Shown one piece after another: positions 37,978 to 58,390 of a stretch of DNA of 64,000 bases. The stretch is from contig OZ176053.1 in NCBI GenBank assembly GCA_964247055.1, positions 6,076,001 through 6,140,000 of the forward strand, in the 5' to 3' direction. A program made the translations under genes and the position numbers. This stretch comes from Paragordius varius. Its lineage: Eukaryota > Animalia > Nematomorpha. How positions within the stretch are numbered: position 1 is the stretch's first letter; the number at the start of each line of letters is the position of its first letter. The notes beneath the pieces were generated by a model. It saw nothing but the letters and a program-made list of their open reading frames with translations, was not told the origin of the DNA and searched no databases.

Positions 37978-40900
37978 TTAATAATTCACAACACTATTTT
38001 CGGATTTGGATATAACAGGTTTATGGCCACAGTTTTTAACATGTGATTGATTAGAGGGTATACAATAAATGTCATTACAATGCATTCGAGTTAGCTGGTT
38101 TGGGCCACCTCGTTGACTTAAGTTGTGGTTAATAGGATTATTATTATTAATAGAATCAGAATTATAAAATTCACTTATGTGATCTATTAGCGCATTACGT
38201 TTAATTTGTTCGTATGTAAGGAGTATGGGTTTAAACAACACTGGTGATGTTTTATTGGCTTTTGAGAGTTTTACAGTGGCGTTCATTTTTGGCATACTAT
38301 ATGATTTGACATATTCTGTAATATGCGTAGGGGACTTTTGATGATTTTGAGTTATTCTTGTCTTTTCAAGTTCCGCATCCCTTTTCGACCAATAACTCAA
38401 GTGGTCTAATGTATTGCGTGCCTTATTTTTTTGAGTCAATTTTTTTATAACGGTACAGGATGAAATATTTTTATGTCCTTCTTTAATAACTCCATTGTCT
38501 TCTGTCGAAAGGCAATTTCCCATGGGACTGTATGCCGTTAAGTATTCGCTTTGGTAAACTTGATTTATGTTAACATTGGTTTTATCTTCTATTTCAGAGT
38601 CTCTCAAGAAGTCATTTAGATGATCCGAGGTCAATTTTCGTTTGATAGCGGCCCACAATGGTATCCTTGACATTAAATTAGCAGGAGATTTTTCCAACTT
38701 CTCCAAATTGATTCCTTCATTTTCTAAATGATTTTGATCATCTACTTTAGCTTCAAGGGAAGTTGCATGATTTGTCATAGATATGGGTACCACCCTTTTT
38801 AATAAATTTACCAGATTATCTCTTGAAAAAGAGCTTTTAAGTGTTTTATATTGACAAAAGTCGAAATAGGACGTAAAGGATTTATTATATTCAGTAGCAT
38901 ATATACTTTCGGTAAAGGACGAATTAGATTCATGATTGGAACTTTTTTCATCTAAATTTGACGGTAAATTTTGAAGGGGTGGTAGTTTTATTGAGCTTTC
39001 ATAAAATTTGTTATAAATTTGATTATCAAGAAATTTATCATGTAACATTTTAACATTTAATTCCTTAACTACAATTTGATTTACCATCTTGGATTTTAAA
39101 AGCTTAGAAGAAGGATGTCCTTTTCTTTTCAAAGGTGGTGTAAAACTATTCTTGTTTTTCAACTTATTTTGTTTGTTTTGAAATTTGTGTTCGGGCAAAG
39201 GTTGCAATCTTATTTTACTTTTAATATTAGCCACCTTGGATGCTTTCATACTATTGTTGGGGACCATATGCGACTTTTTAACTTTTTGGCTTGTTTGATT
39301 AATTTTAGATGTTTCTCTTTTCGATGGCGATTTTTTAGGAGTTCTAAGAGAGGATCTAGGGAGTGTCGCAATCTTTGATTTGGATATTTTAGGCGAAAAA
39401 TGTTTTTGTGCAATATTATTCTTTTTGATTGATAAATTGTTTCGTTTGGGTAGATATACTTCAAGGTGATTAGGTTTTTTTTGCGGCTTAGCTTTAAACA
39501 TAAGATTGTTTTACTTAATGCTAATAAAATTTAAAGAACAATCAATGTGGAGTAAAGGTATTTTATTAATTAGTAAGTAGGGTTTATAATTTTAAAAAAC
39601 GCCTGTTTAAGATTGTATGATTTTATTTTTTCAAAAATAAAAATGTAGATTTCCTAATATTAAAATTTGGATAAAGCGAATTCAAATGTAAAAATATGTT
39701 GTCATTTTAGACAAAGTTTCGCTAATTTTAGGCTGACTTTATAGTATAAACACAATCACAACAACTGTTGCAATTTGATGGAAAACGTGCCCATCGATTA
39801 TAACAAATATGCGGTTTACCAGTTGTGGTCATAAGTTAAATAGTACTAAGAAAAGACGTCAGAATAAAGTAGAGGCTAATTTGATACTGATATTTTGTTC
39901 AACTGACATTAAACGAAAAACACACACAAAATTTAGCAAAAACTTGTCTTATTTTTATAATAATCGTGTCGAATTTTTACCTGAAAAAGAACATTTGCGG
40001 CACGCATTGCCATCAGATGAAAAGGACTGTTGAAGTTATCGTTGGTAGAACATATAGTGAACATGCTTTATCGATTAAGGCATGTGAAACAAGGTTTCGA
40101 AACATTAAAAGTTGTCATCTCAATATGAAGCTGAGTGGGGGCTTTGGTAGAACAGACCAATGCATGGAGAACAAGAGTTATTGGATGATGACCCAACTCA
40201 AACTAACAATTTGCAGCATAATATGTATTTCAGAAACAATTAATAGTCGACGAGCAATGGGAAAGATCAATAGGCAAAATGGTTCTACTCAATTTGAATG
40301 AACGTCAAATCGAGAGTCGCGAAAATCTTTTGAACTGATTCAACGCCACGAAAAAAAATTTATTTTTGCACTGAATCGGAATGGGTGATAATAAAGGGCT
40401 TTATTTTGCCAAAACGGAAAAAATCAGGGGTTTTACCTTGCGAAGCCGATTCATCAACACCATGGCCAAATCGCTTCGGCAAGAAGACCATCTCTGTGTC
40501 AGGTGCAAAATGGTATTTATTATAGCCTTTTAAAATCTGGTACAAACCGCAATACACAACACTATCTCCAACAAATTATTAAATTGAACCACATGCATTA
40601 ATCGAAAAGCGACCCAAATTGATCAGAAGACATGGTAAAGTGATTTTCCTACAAGACAATGCTCCTCACACAGCAAAACCAATAAGGCACCTTAAGAATG
40701 TTTAGATGAAAGCTTCTTCCGCATCCGCTGTACTCACCTGACCTGGATTTATCTAACTAATGAATCATCGCATCAGTGGGGCACATCTTCGTAGAGCAGC
40801 AATTCAATAATTTCGCGTTGAAAAATGACTCAACGAATGGTATTCTGCAAAAGACAATCAGTTATTCAGCACAGCCTTCATAACAGAGAGATGGGCGAAA

Positions 40901-43128
40901 TGTATGATATAACAGTTAAAACAATAATGATTTTCCATCGCATAGCTAATGAATCTTGATTCTTCCAATTATAATCATATTAGGCTTTCAATAATAATTA
41001 TTTGGTTAGCAGATTTTTATGAATTTAAGTTTGTTTTTAGACACAGTTACAGCGATTAACGGAAGTTATGTATAAAGTTTAAATCAGTAACAACATCGAA
41101 AATTAATAATTAAGTTTTGAAAAGGAAAATAACCAAGGCAATACAAATATTTTATCTAAAACCACAACATTGGTTTTTTTCCTATTCGTATATAATTACT
41201 AACGTTTTGTGATGATTTTATTTGATTACTATAACTAAACAATCTTCGGACATATAGGAGGAAAAATAATATACTTTTCAATTGTTTGGTCGAAATTGGT
41301 GTTTCGATATTACCGTGCTGAACAGGAACTGTATCCGATTGAGCTTTTCTCTGTGAATAATGATTTGATAATCTTTCACCTTTTTAAAGAAAATAAAATA
41401 GATATAAATAATGATTGTGAATATATATTAATTTATTTCATGGGTAAAAAGGGCTAATAAAATATTCAAACAAACCGTTGTTTTCAGCCGGTGTTTGATT
41501 GCTATTTTCATGCATGGAAGATGTTTTGATAAGATGTTCATTAGCATCTTTATGGTTGTATGAAAACTCACTCTCTTCATAAATGGTGGAAACCTGTGGA
41601 GATTGGCAAAATCGTTCCTTTTCATAGTCATTTATGAGATCATTCCCTATATCGATATCATTATCTCGGATACTATCCTTGTTTTCTGTTAAATTGTACA
41701 AATATTCTTGGTTTATAATTCGTTCCTTGTTATTTTTATTATCTTCTGCTACGTGAGATTCGGTGTCTGTGTTTATCAACGATTCTGTTATATTTTCTGA
41801 CAAAGGAGATTCATTGTAAGCTTGGTATTTCTCTGATGCTGGTAGGACAACATTAAAGGGTCTATTCTTATTGTACTCGTAAATAAATTTTTTATTTGTG
41901 TCAGATAAATCCGATGGCCTCTGCTCAAAAACCTCCGTTTCGTTTGTATGGATTGCTTTTTGTTCTGTTGTTATGCCATTATCGTTCAATATGCTTGATA
42001 AATCGTTAACAAAATTAAAATTGGAATTTATAGGGTCATTTATTTTAACAACCCTGTGATCAGTTTCATCGTCCTCCAAATTTATAAGATTGTTATCATT
42101 ACTTTTATGATCATTAATGTTGTAAATGTTATGAGGCAAATCATTTAATGTTTTTTGCGACTCATTTAGTGCATTTTCTAGTTCATCTTTAGACCCAAGA
42201 GAAGTTTTGTAAACATCCTATAATGTTTTATATAGATGAAAAAAAGATTAACAGCATAATTTAATATCGTGTGGCAGAGTCTGACCGGCAACGAGAGAAT
42301 TATAGACTCTGACCGCTTTCAAAATATAAATAGTTTTAAATAGGGATGTATGTTTTGACTTCCATCATATGAAAAACTAAAAATTAATAAAATTAAATTT
42401 TTTATATTTGATTTTAACATAATTTTGTTAAGTCTAATAAATTGATTAGTTATGCGTTAATAAATGCTTTTATCACGATGTCAGACCAATTAATATTATT
42501 TAACTGGACATAAACGCAACGGTATACCTAGTTTTGAAGTAATTTATAATAATTAAATGGCTCATCAAAAGCAGAGGTATTTTTATATATTTTTATAAAA
42601 TAACCGGAGTTTGAGGCATAGTTTTTTCTACCAATGACATATAGCGGCTTTCCAATTTTTCCAAACTACTAAAACGCAAGAGAAGTTTGCGCTTCATAGC
42701 ACTGGGTGAATTTTTGAACCCTAATGAAGAATTATTATAGAGTGAATTTTTTCGATTAACGATATAAAATTTAATTTAAACCATTTTTCATTATTTATTT
42801 TTTATAAAACAAAAATACTTATTTCATAAGCTATGGAGGGATTTAGTTTTACAAGAGAACCGTCTGTGGCCTTTGTACCAGCATTTAAATATTCTTGACT
42901 CAAGCCAAACTTGTTAATAGGTTCACCATAGTTCTTCTGCCACATAGAATAACCATTTTGATATGAGTTCGCTCTCCATCGTTGATTGGCAATTTGCGCT
43001 TCATATGATAAAACATCCAAATCGATTAAGGACTGTGTAGTAGAAAACGGATAACTCTCAGATAGCGCATTCCTTTCTTCATTTTTATGCAAATCAAATT
43101 TATTATGACATTTTTTGATGTAGTCCAT
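37978..43128 (-). CDS. Hypothetical low-complexity protein (Asn/Glu-rich then Lys/Ser-rich), probably 3 exons
   Basis: Three same-strand long ORFs: 43128-~42853, 42217-41476 (tatag acceptor, gtttgt donor) and ~39491-37978 (507-aa ORF). A phase-consistent join is possible but not constrained by homology. Confidence 0.55.
39966..40910 (+). pseudogene. Decayed mariner (Mos1-like) transposase
   Basis: Frameshifted fragments: SNF..PEKEHLRHAL, YSEHALS..CETRF, RRAMGKI, LNERQIESR, IFLQDNAPH, PHPLYSPDL, ERWAKC. Multiple stops; TIRs not recognised. Confidence 0.85.
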
Positions 43129-45196
43129 AATTTGTTAAAACATTTTTTAGATTATTTCGGTTTTAGGGTGTTTAAATATGACATGATGAATCATTTATAA
43201 GTGTGTACTAAAATTTTTGGTCTGGGAGATGAATTCCATCATATTAAAGGTATAAATCATTTTATACTTTCATTATCGTGAAAATTTTTGGGGAAAAAAT
43301 AACTAAATTTAGTGTGAAATATATTAAGGTATTAGGGGAATGCCATACAAAAATAGAATTTATTGATTTGCAGGTAGCTATTAAGTATTAATAGTACCAA
43401 AAATAGGATTAAGAAGCGTAGACACTGTTTCCAATTTCATAAAAACACATAAGCCATGGTTCGCGTTAATCAACCTACTTTATCGATAATCAATATACTG
43501 TGCATTCTAAAGTTGGCTTTATTTTGTTTTCTCGTAGACGAAAAAAAAAATAAAATTTTCAGAGCCGCAGTACTGACTATTTTGGAAAAAATAATTTTCC
43601 AACTTCTCAACAAAATTATAAAAAAATATATCAAAATTATGTATTATTATTACTACCAGATTTAAACAATTTTTATAGCTTAACTAACTGGAAAAATATT
43701 ATTTTTTATAGTCATGCATTTTTACCACCCTCCTTTTAATTAATCTTTTTAAAAAATTAATTTTATGGCTTTCATTTTAAACTTTATATCATTTTAAATA
43801 TAATATTTGGAATAATCTGTTAAAAGAATTGAAGCCGTTTATTCTAAAATTGTAATCTCTTGTACGTATTTAACTATAATTGTATAAAAAATCGCAACTT
43901 GAAATAATTTTATGGAAAGCGTGTGGATTTTTTAATTAATAATGCTTCATTAGTGAATGCGCCGTTTATAATCGAGCCGCTTTTTTAAATCATCCCTTGT
44001 ATTTCAGAAAAATAAATGTTCCTAAAATTGAGATTGAAGTCTCAAAAATAATGTATGTCCAATTGATTATATTCATGGCCGATTATATTTCCTTTATCAA
44101 GGCGCTGATCACGGTCAAACAACTTTTACTGGGTTTAAACCGGACCATTTATAAAATAAACATTTTTCGCGAAAAAATAAGGGCCCCCAATATTATAACA
44201 TTGGGGTTTTTGTTAATAATCTTGACCAGATATTTTTCTTTTAAAGGCGAATATAATAAAGTGATTTTTGTAAATAAAGCCTCGGTAAAAGCTCACCTTT
44301 GTTTGGAAAACATGGTCTGACACAAAAAATTAGTAGTCCTGAAGCAAGCCAATCTAATGATAGCCATTTACTTTAGATAAATGCACACATCATAGTCGGG
44401 CTACATTTTTAAATTCAAGGGCTTAGCCCCAGGAAAATAAGAAAAAGGGCGATAACACTAAAGTGATTAAAGTTTGTCTAAAAGGATGGATAATGAATAT
44501 ACTAAATAAGGGAAGAGTTATATAATGAGCAATTTATAACAGTTGCCGCAAAATCCATTATACAAAAGAAAAACCACGTGAGGCATGGTTAAATTCTGAT
44601 TACTTAAATATATTTGAACTATTAACTATCTAACTCAATAATCTTGAGTTTATATCCGGAAAATTAATTAGCCATCCGTATATAACTTATCGCTTTCAGC
44701 GACCCTTGGCACAGTTAATAATAAATAAAATATCCATTTAAATTAAGCGACAAAAAATTTATAAGTAAAATAATTATATTGTTGGGTGCTTTTAGTTTTG
44801 AGGCTTATGAGTTATATATCTACTTTTCTGTATTTTGCCGAAATCGCGAATCACTTGGTGAACGAAATCCATTGTATAGGATACTTAACCAAATTATTTT
44901 ATAAACTATTTTTATTAATGTGACCCAATAAGAGTTTAGAATGGAATTCGTTATTAATCAATAAGTACTATCCAATCGCTGTAAAATTTAAATCTTTGGC
45001 AAAATATAAGGTTAATATATATATATATATTTTAGAAGCTTTTTCATCACCCACTATAATATTTATTCTGTGAATTATTAAACTACAAGTGAATTGTAAC
45101 TATAAATTTGCGTATACAAAAATTGTGGTTGTGATACAGTATTTGCTATAACATTTGTGTAAATACCCATTTTTATATAAAAAAAACAAAGTTTGG

Positions 45197-50186
<4,990 letters not shown>

Positions 50187-50260
50187 ATTTATGCGTATAC
50201 TTAAACTAGAAAATGTGGTTCATGTGATTGATTCGTCGATGTAAACTACTGAAGAGACGG

Positions 50261-50731
50261 TCCCAATTTAAATATATGCTTCTATCTTAATAAAAATTAT
50301 ATAAATAAGCCAAAATATATATGTTATATTTTGTTTTGAAAAAAAAGTTCTATGTCAAACTACCTAGACGCGATTTTTATTTTATGAATTTTTTGCAACA
50401 TCGTCTTCATTTATTTTTAAGGGTAAAATTAAAGCTAATTTTTTATATAAATTACATCTAACATTGATAGAAATAGAAAAGCGGTTTATTTTGTATTATT
50501 TATCAATTTTACCATTGCACCACGTTGACTAAATTTTTACATTTCAGTTTTAGTTTAAAATAAGTAATATCAAGTATTTTTGAATAATTTTTTTTATATA
50601 TTTCGGTTTATTAATGTTATATAAGTGCATAATTTTGCTATGGTTTCGATCCCTTCCATATTTTTGTGGGTATTTAACTACCCCAATTTGAACCGAAGGA
50701 CTAAAATGAATGTGTTGCATCCAAGTGTTAA
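50261..50731. repeat. ~470-bp dispersed repeat (family C reference copy) upstream of AHCY
   Basis: Aligns with 53237-53475 (direct), 53478-53971 (inverted, full length) and ~54050-54283 (direct). Confidence 0.75.
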
Positions 50732-50907
50732 AATGGATATTGAGTGGTAATTACAGTATATCATAGTGAGTGAAAACTATCAATATTATATTCTTATAAA
50801 CGATAAATTACACATTAGTTCTCTATATAAGAGGTTAAAACAAAACTCAAAATTATATAAGACCACATTACCATAGATATATATTCATTATTTCCGAAAA
50901 TGTAAAA

Positions 50908-52290
50908 TATATACCATTTCCCAGTCTAAATAAACGTTTTCCCAGTCAATCGAAACATTTTCCCAATCAATCAAAACGTTTTCCCAGTCAATCGAAACGT
51001 TTTCCCAGCCAATCGAAACGTTTTCCCAGTCAATCTTAACATTTTCCCAATCAATCGAAACATTTTCCCAGTCGATCGAAACATTTTCCCAGTCAATAAA
51101 AACATTTTTCCAATCAATAAAAACGTTTTCCCAGTCAATAAAAACGGTTTTATTTTTGATGATAAATATCAAAACAAGAATATAAAAACAACTTCTAACC
51201 ATTTTAGCGTAATAGGAGATAACTTTTAATTAAATACACAATTATTGAATGACAATTTTTCCAAGTATATTTCAGTGCACAATCATTAATAAATTATTCT
51301 TTAAATGTTATATTTTTGGAATTTGAGTTAAGATAATATTTTTTATTTTATCGATGGTTCGCATTAATATTTGCGGAACGCTTCACAACAGTTTTTGAAT
51401 ATGTCAGGTTTGTGGATAAAAATATTGTCGGAAAAAATATCTAAACGGAAATTTTTTTGATAAAATTGTTTTTGATTTAAAAATATTTAATAAAAAGGAT
51501 ATTTGACTAAAACAAGGGTGTCCAACTAAATGCCTTCGTGGGCCGCATTTTTAACTCAAAAAACACACGGCTCCCCAATACGGGCATTCACATAATTTTT
51601 CGATTAATAAGACTGTAAAATACAAACACAATGTAACAATTTTTTTTAATTCGTACCAATGTAATAGACTCATTCATAATTGCGTAAGAAATATGTACAA
51701 AGATTTTGTGGGCATATTTTTGCATATGGTTTTCCAATTTTTTTAAGGCCGCACAAATATACTCGGAAGGCCGCCTTAGGCCCCCAACCAAATGTTAAAT
51801 ATTATAAAAGGGTAAAATTTTTGTTTAAGATCCAATATAAAGTGTTAAATGACCTTTGTAATAAAAATGTTATATTGAATTTCCGTAACTATAGATTTTT
51901 TAGTTAGCCGCATATATTAATGCGAACCATCGATAAAACAAAAAATATTATTAATGATTGTGCACTGAAATATACTTGGAAAAATTGTCATTCAATAATT
52001 GTGTATTTAATTAAAAGTTATCTCCCATTACGCTAAAATGGTTAAAAGTTGTTTTTATATTCTTGTTTTGATATTTATCATCAAAAATAAAACCGTTTTT
52101 ATTGACTGGAAAAACGTTTTTATTGATTGGGAAAATGTTTTTATTGACTGAGAAAATGTTGTGATTGACTGGGAAAACGTTTCGATTGACTGAGAAAATG
52201 TTTCGATTGACCGGGAAAACGTTTCGATCGATTGGGAAAATGTTTCGGTTGACTGGGAAAACGTTCATTTAGACTGGGAAATGATATATA
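50908..52290. mobile_element. Foldback-type element: long inverted arms each carrying a 21-bp minisatellite
   Basis: Arms ~50908-51376 and ~51908-52290 are inverted complements. The unit ttttcccagtcaatcgaaac(a/g) occurs ~11 times on the left and ~9 times on the right. TATATA flanks both ends. Confidence 0.78.
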
Positions 52291-53236
52291 TAAAAAATCC
52301 CTGAATTATATGATATTAAATCCATCTGTATTCTTACATCAGTAAAAATGGAATATTAAAACTTGGTGAGACATATATTCTGATAGAATATCATGATTAT
52401 CATGGTGCTTTTGGTTTTGCCCCTTAGTAGTGATATAGGAGAGTTTTTTACACTTTTGTAGTAAGTGATCCAATTCAGAAAATGGAAAATGTTGGGGCGC
52501 GTTTTATAATAAAATTTTTTTGATCAAAGCTAAATGCTTCATTCGAAAATATATTGAACCACCTACAAATAGTTATATTAAAAATTTTAGCTTTTAGATG
52601 CTGGTTACGAAAGTCCCAAATTTTTTCGCGCTCATAAAATGGGCTAGTTATCTGAAAATAAACGCAAATACTCGCTAAAACTCTTAAATATGACATAAAT
52701 TGCATACTTTTTCATAAATATTTTTTTCAGCAAATTCATACTTTTTTGAGGCATGTGGGGAACGGTACAAAAATGCTTTAAACACTTTTTATAGATAGTA
52801 AGGATTCTAAATATTTTATCACTTCAGAATTTTAATTTAAAGTTTTGATTAATTTAAAATTTTGGTGAAATTTTAAAGCGCTACTTAGCAGAAATTTGAA
52901 GACGAACCAATATTTAAATTATAATTCTGATATGATAGAATTCCTCAGCAACAGCCTATTAAAGCAGAGCAAAGAAATTCATCCATTTCGGAGCATACAT
53001 CAAAATATTTTAAAAACATTGTTTTGCTTTTTATATAAAATTTATGATTTATTTTAGTGATATTTTTTGGATTGAAGCCTTTAGCTTTCATCAAAAAATG
53101 ATAATATTTGTCCGCTTATATATGCAATTTTTTGTCTAATCTGCGCGACATCTTTTAGCACAATAAAAAGTTTTTAAAAGAACCAGTTTTCGATTCAAAT
53201 TGGGTTATCTAAATACCCTAGATATAGTTAATACTG

Positions 53237-54283
53237 TCCCAATTAAAATTTATACTTTTATCCTTATAAAAATTATATAAATAAGCCAAAATATCTTTAT
53301 AAAATTTTGATTTAAAAAAAAGTTCCATGTCACTACTTCGACGCCATTTTTATTTTATAAATTTTTTGCAAAATATCGTCTTCATTCAATATTAAGGGTA
53401 AAATTAAAGCTAATATTTTATTTAAATTACATATAACATTGATAGAAATAGAAAAGCGGTTTATTTGTATTATTTTTTAACACTTGGATACAAAACATTT
53501 ATTTTAGTCCTTGGATTCAAATTCGGGTAGTTAAATACCCCAGGCTTGTTTAAAATTAAATTCTTTAAAAATATGGAAGGAATCAAAACTATGGCAAAAT
53601 TTTGCACTTATATAACATTAATAAACCGAAATATATAAAAAATTTTATTCAGAAATACTTGATATTTCTTATTTTAAGCTAAAATCGAAAGGTAAAAATT
53701 TAGTCAACGTGACATGTGTGCAATATTAAAATTGAGATATAATAGAAAATAAACCGCTTTTTCTATTTCTATCCATGTTAGATGTGATTTAAATAAAAAT
53801 TAGTTTTAATTTTACCATTAAAATTTAATGAAGACGATATTGCAAAAATTTTGTAAAATAAAAATGGCGTCGAAGTAGTTTGACATGGAACTTTTTTTTC
53901 AAATAAAATTTTAATTAGATATATTGGCATATTAATTTTTATTTGGATAGAAGCATAAATTTAAATTGGGATTGTTACTTTCAATATTTTTTTAAAAATC
54001 CTAACTCAAATTTAGTCGGGGGTATTTAAATATCCCAATTTAAATCGAAGTGTTGACAAAATTTTTACCTTTCGGGTTTAGCTTAAAATAAGTAATATCG
54101 AGTATTTTTGAATAATTTTTTTTTATTTTCGGTTTATTAATGTTATATAAGTGCAAGATTTTGCCATGGTTTCGATCCCTTCAATACTTTTTGAAGTATT
54201 TCATTTTAAACAGGCCTGGGGTATCCAAATACCTTAATTTTAATCGAAGGACTAAAATGAAGGTGTTGTATCTTAGTGTTAAT
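53237..54283. repeat. Family C composite: direct half A, complete inverted copy, direct half B
   Basis: Direct comparison with 50261-50731. Confidence 0.7.
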
Positions 54284-54597
54284 TAACTCATAGATGATAT
54301 TATTTTTAAGAATTGAAACTGTTGGTATATGGATGATTACATAATATAAAATCACATCAAAATCATGATAAAAATTTATTAATTTAGACCAAGTTAATGA
54401 TACTATTTCACCAGCATTTATTAATTTACAACAAAATATTTTTTAACCTTTTTTTATATTTTTTTTATTTTATTTTAACAATTGTTATTGAATTTCTTGT
54501 GGTAGTTTATGTTTTTATAAGCCAAATTTATATAGCGTTTTACCACGTTTCGGCTTTTACACAAATAATTTTTTATTGATACACCAAATTTTATCCA

Positions 54598-57534
<2,937 letters not shown>

Positions 57535-58390
57535 TAGGAATTAATTCCCTCTTGTTTTTAAATTGTCTCATAGAGAGATGTATCCTGGAAAACTCAATAC
57601 AACTTAATAATTACATTTTCTTTTTATAATTTGCCATATTGACAAACAATGAATTTATTAATGCATGTTTACAAATAGTCATTACTGCAAAATAACACTT
57701 ATGACACGCATATTTATGTTTGAGTATTGATACATCCATCAAAATATAATTAGCCTTATAATTGCTGTATTCATACCATTTATAATTGAATTCATCGCTG
57801 CATAAAACATCCATTTTAAATGTCATTTTGCCCAAATGCTCTCTCTCGATTCCCATTTTTATGTAGAATTGGAAAAAATGTAACGGAATAAAATCCTTAA
57901 AATCAATTACATTTTTTATGTATGTATAAATGACCCTAATAATAAAATATATGTGTTTCTTGATTTTTATTATATTTGCTATAGGTCAATAGAGTAACCA
58001 TTTAGAGCAGTATTACTCACGCACCTCTAACAATGTCTTTTATGGCCCTGAATTATTATTATTTGGTGTACTTGTTTAGAGTATAAATAACTGTATATCT
58101 ATAAAACGGCTATACAATATTTGTCGTATAATATGGTGCAAAACCCTTAGAAAAGGAAAATATTTTTTTGACCCTTCGAATTGTTTTTTGTGGGTATCAT
58201 CAAATTGGTATTTGAATTTTTCTCAGTCTAATTTTGTTCTTGGCTACATAAATTGGACCGATTCGGAATGCATTTATAATTGTGATAACCGTTTTTTTTA
58301 AAAAATCAACCTTTAACAAATTTTTATCCATTTGGCAGGTTACCCCACAGCTAAAAACCGTTTCAATTTAAATGCATGCTTCAATTTTAA

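Noticed and set aside
50916-51142. Regular repeat array superficially like a CRISPR
   Set aside because: Units are directly adjacent with no unique spacers, there are no cas genes, and the context is eukaryotic.
50888-51202. ORF with (IDWENVS)n heptad repeats; also the ORF at 52011-52268
   Set aside because: These are translations of a 21-bp minisatellite present in both arms of an inverted repeat, with no splice or gene context.
51401-51407. ATG TCA G|gtttgt as a possible 7-nt first exon of SEC61A inside the foldback spacer
   Set aside because: Such patterns arise by chance a few times in 4 kb, and it lies in repeat sequence. The candidate at 54598-54604 sits next to exon 2 in unique sequence. 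It cannot be excluded without cDNA.
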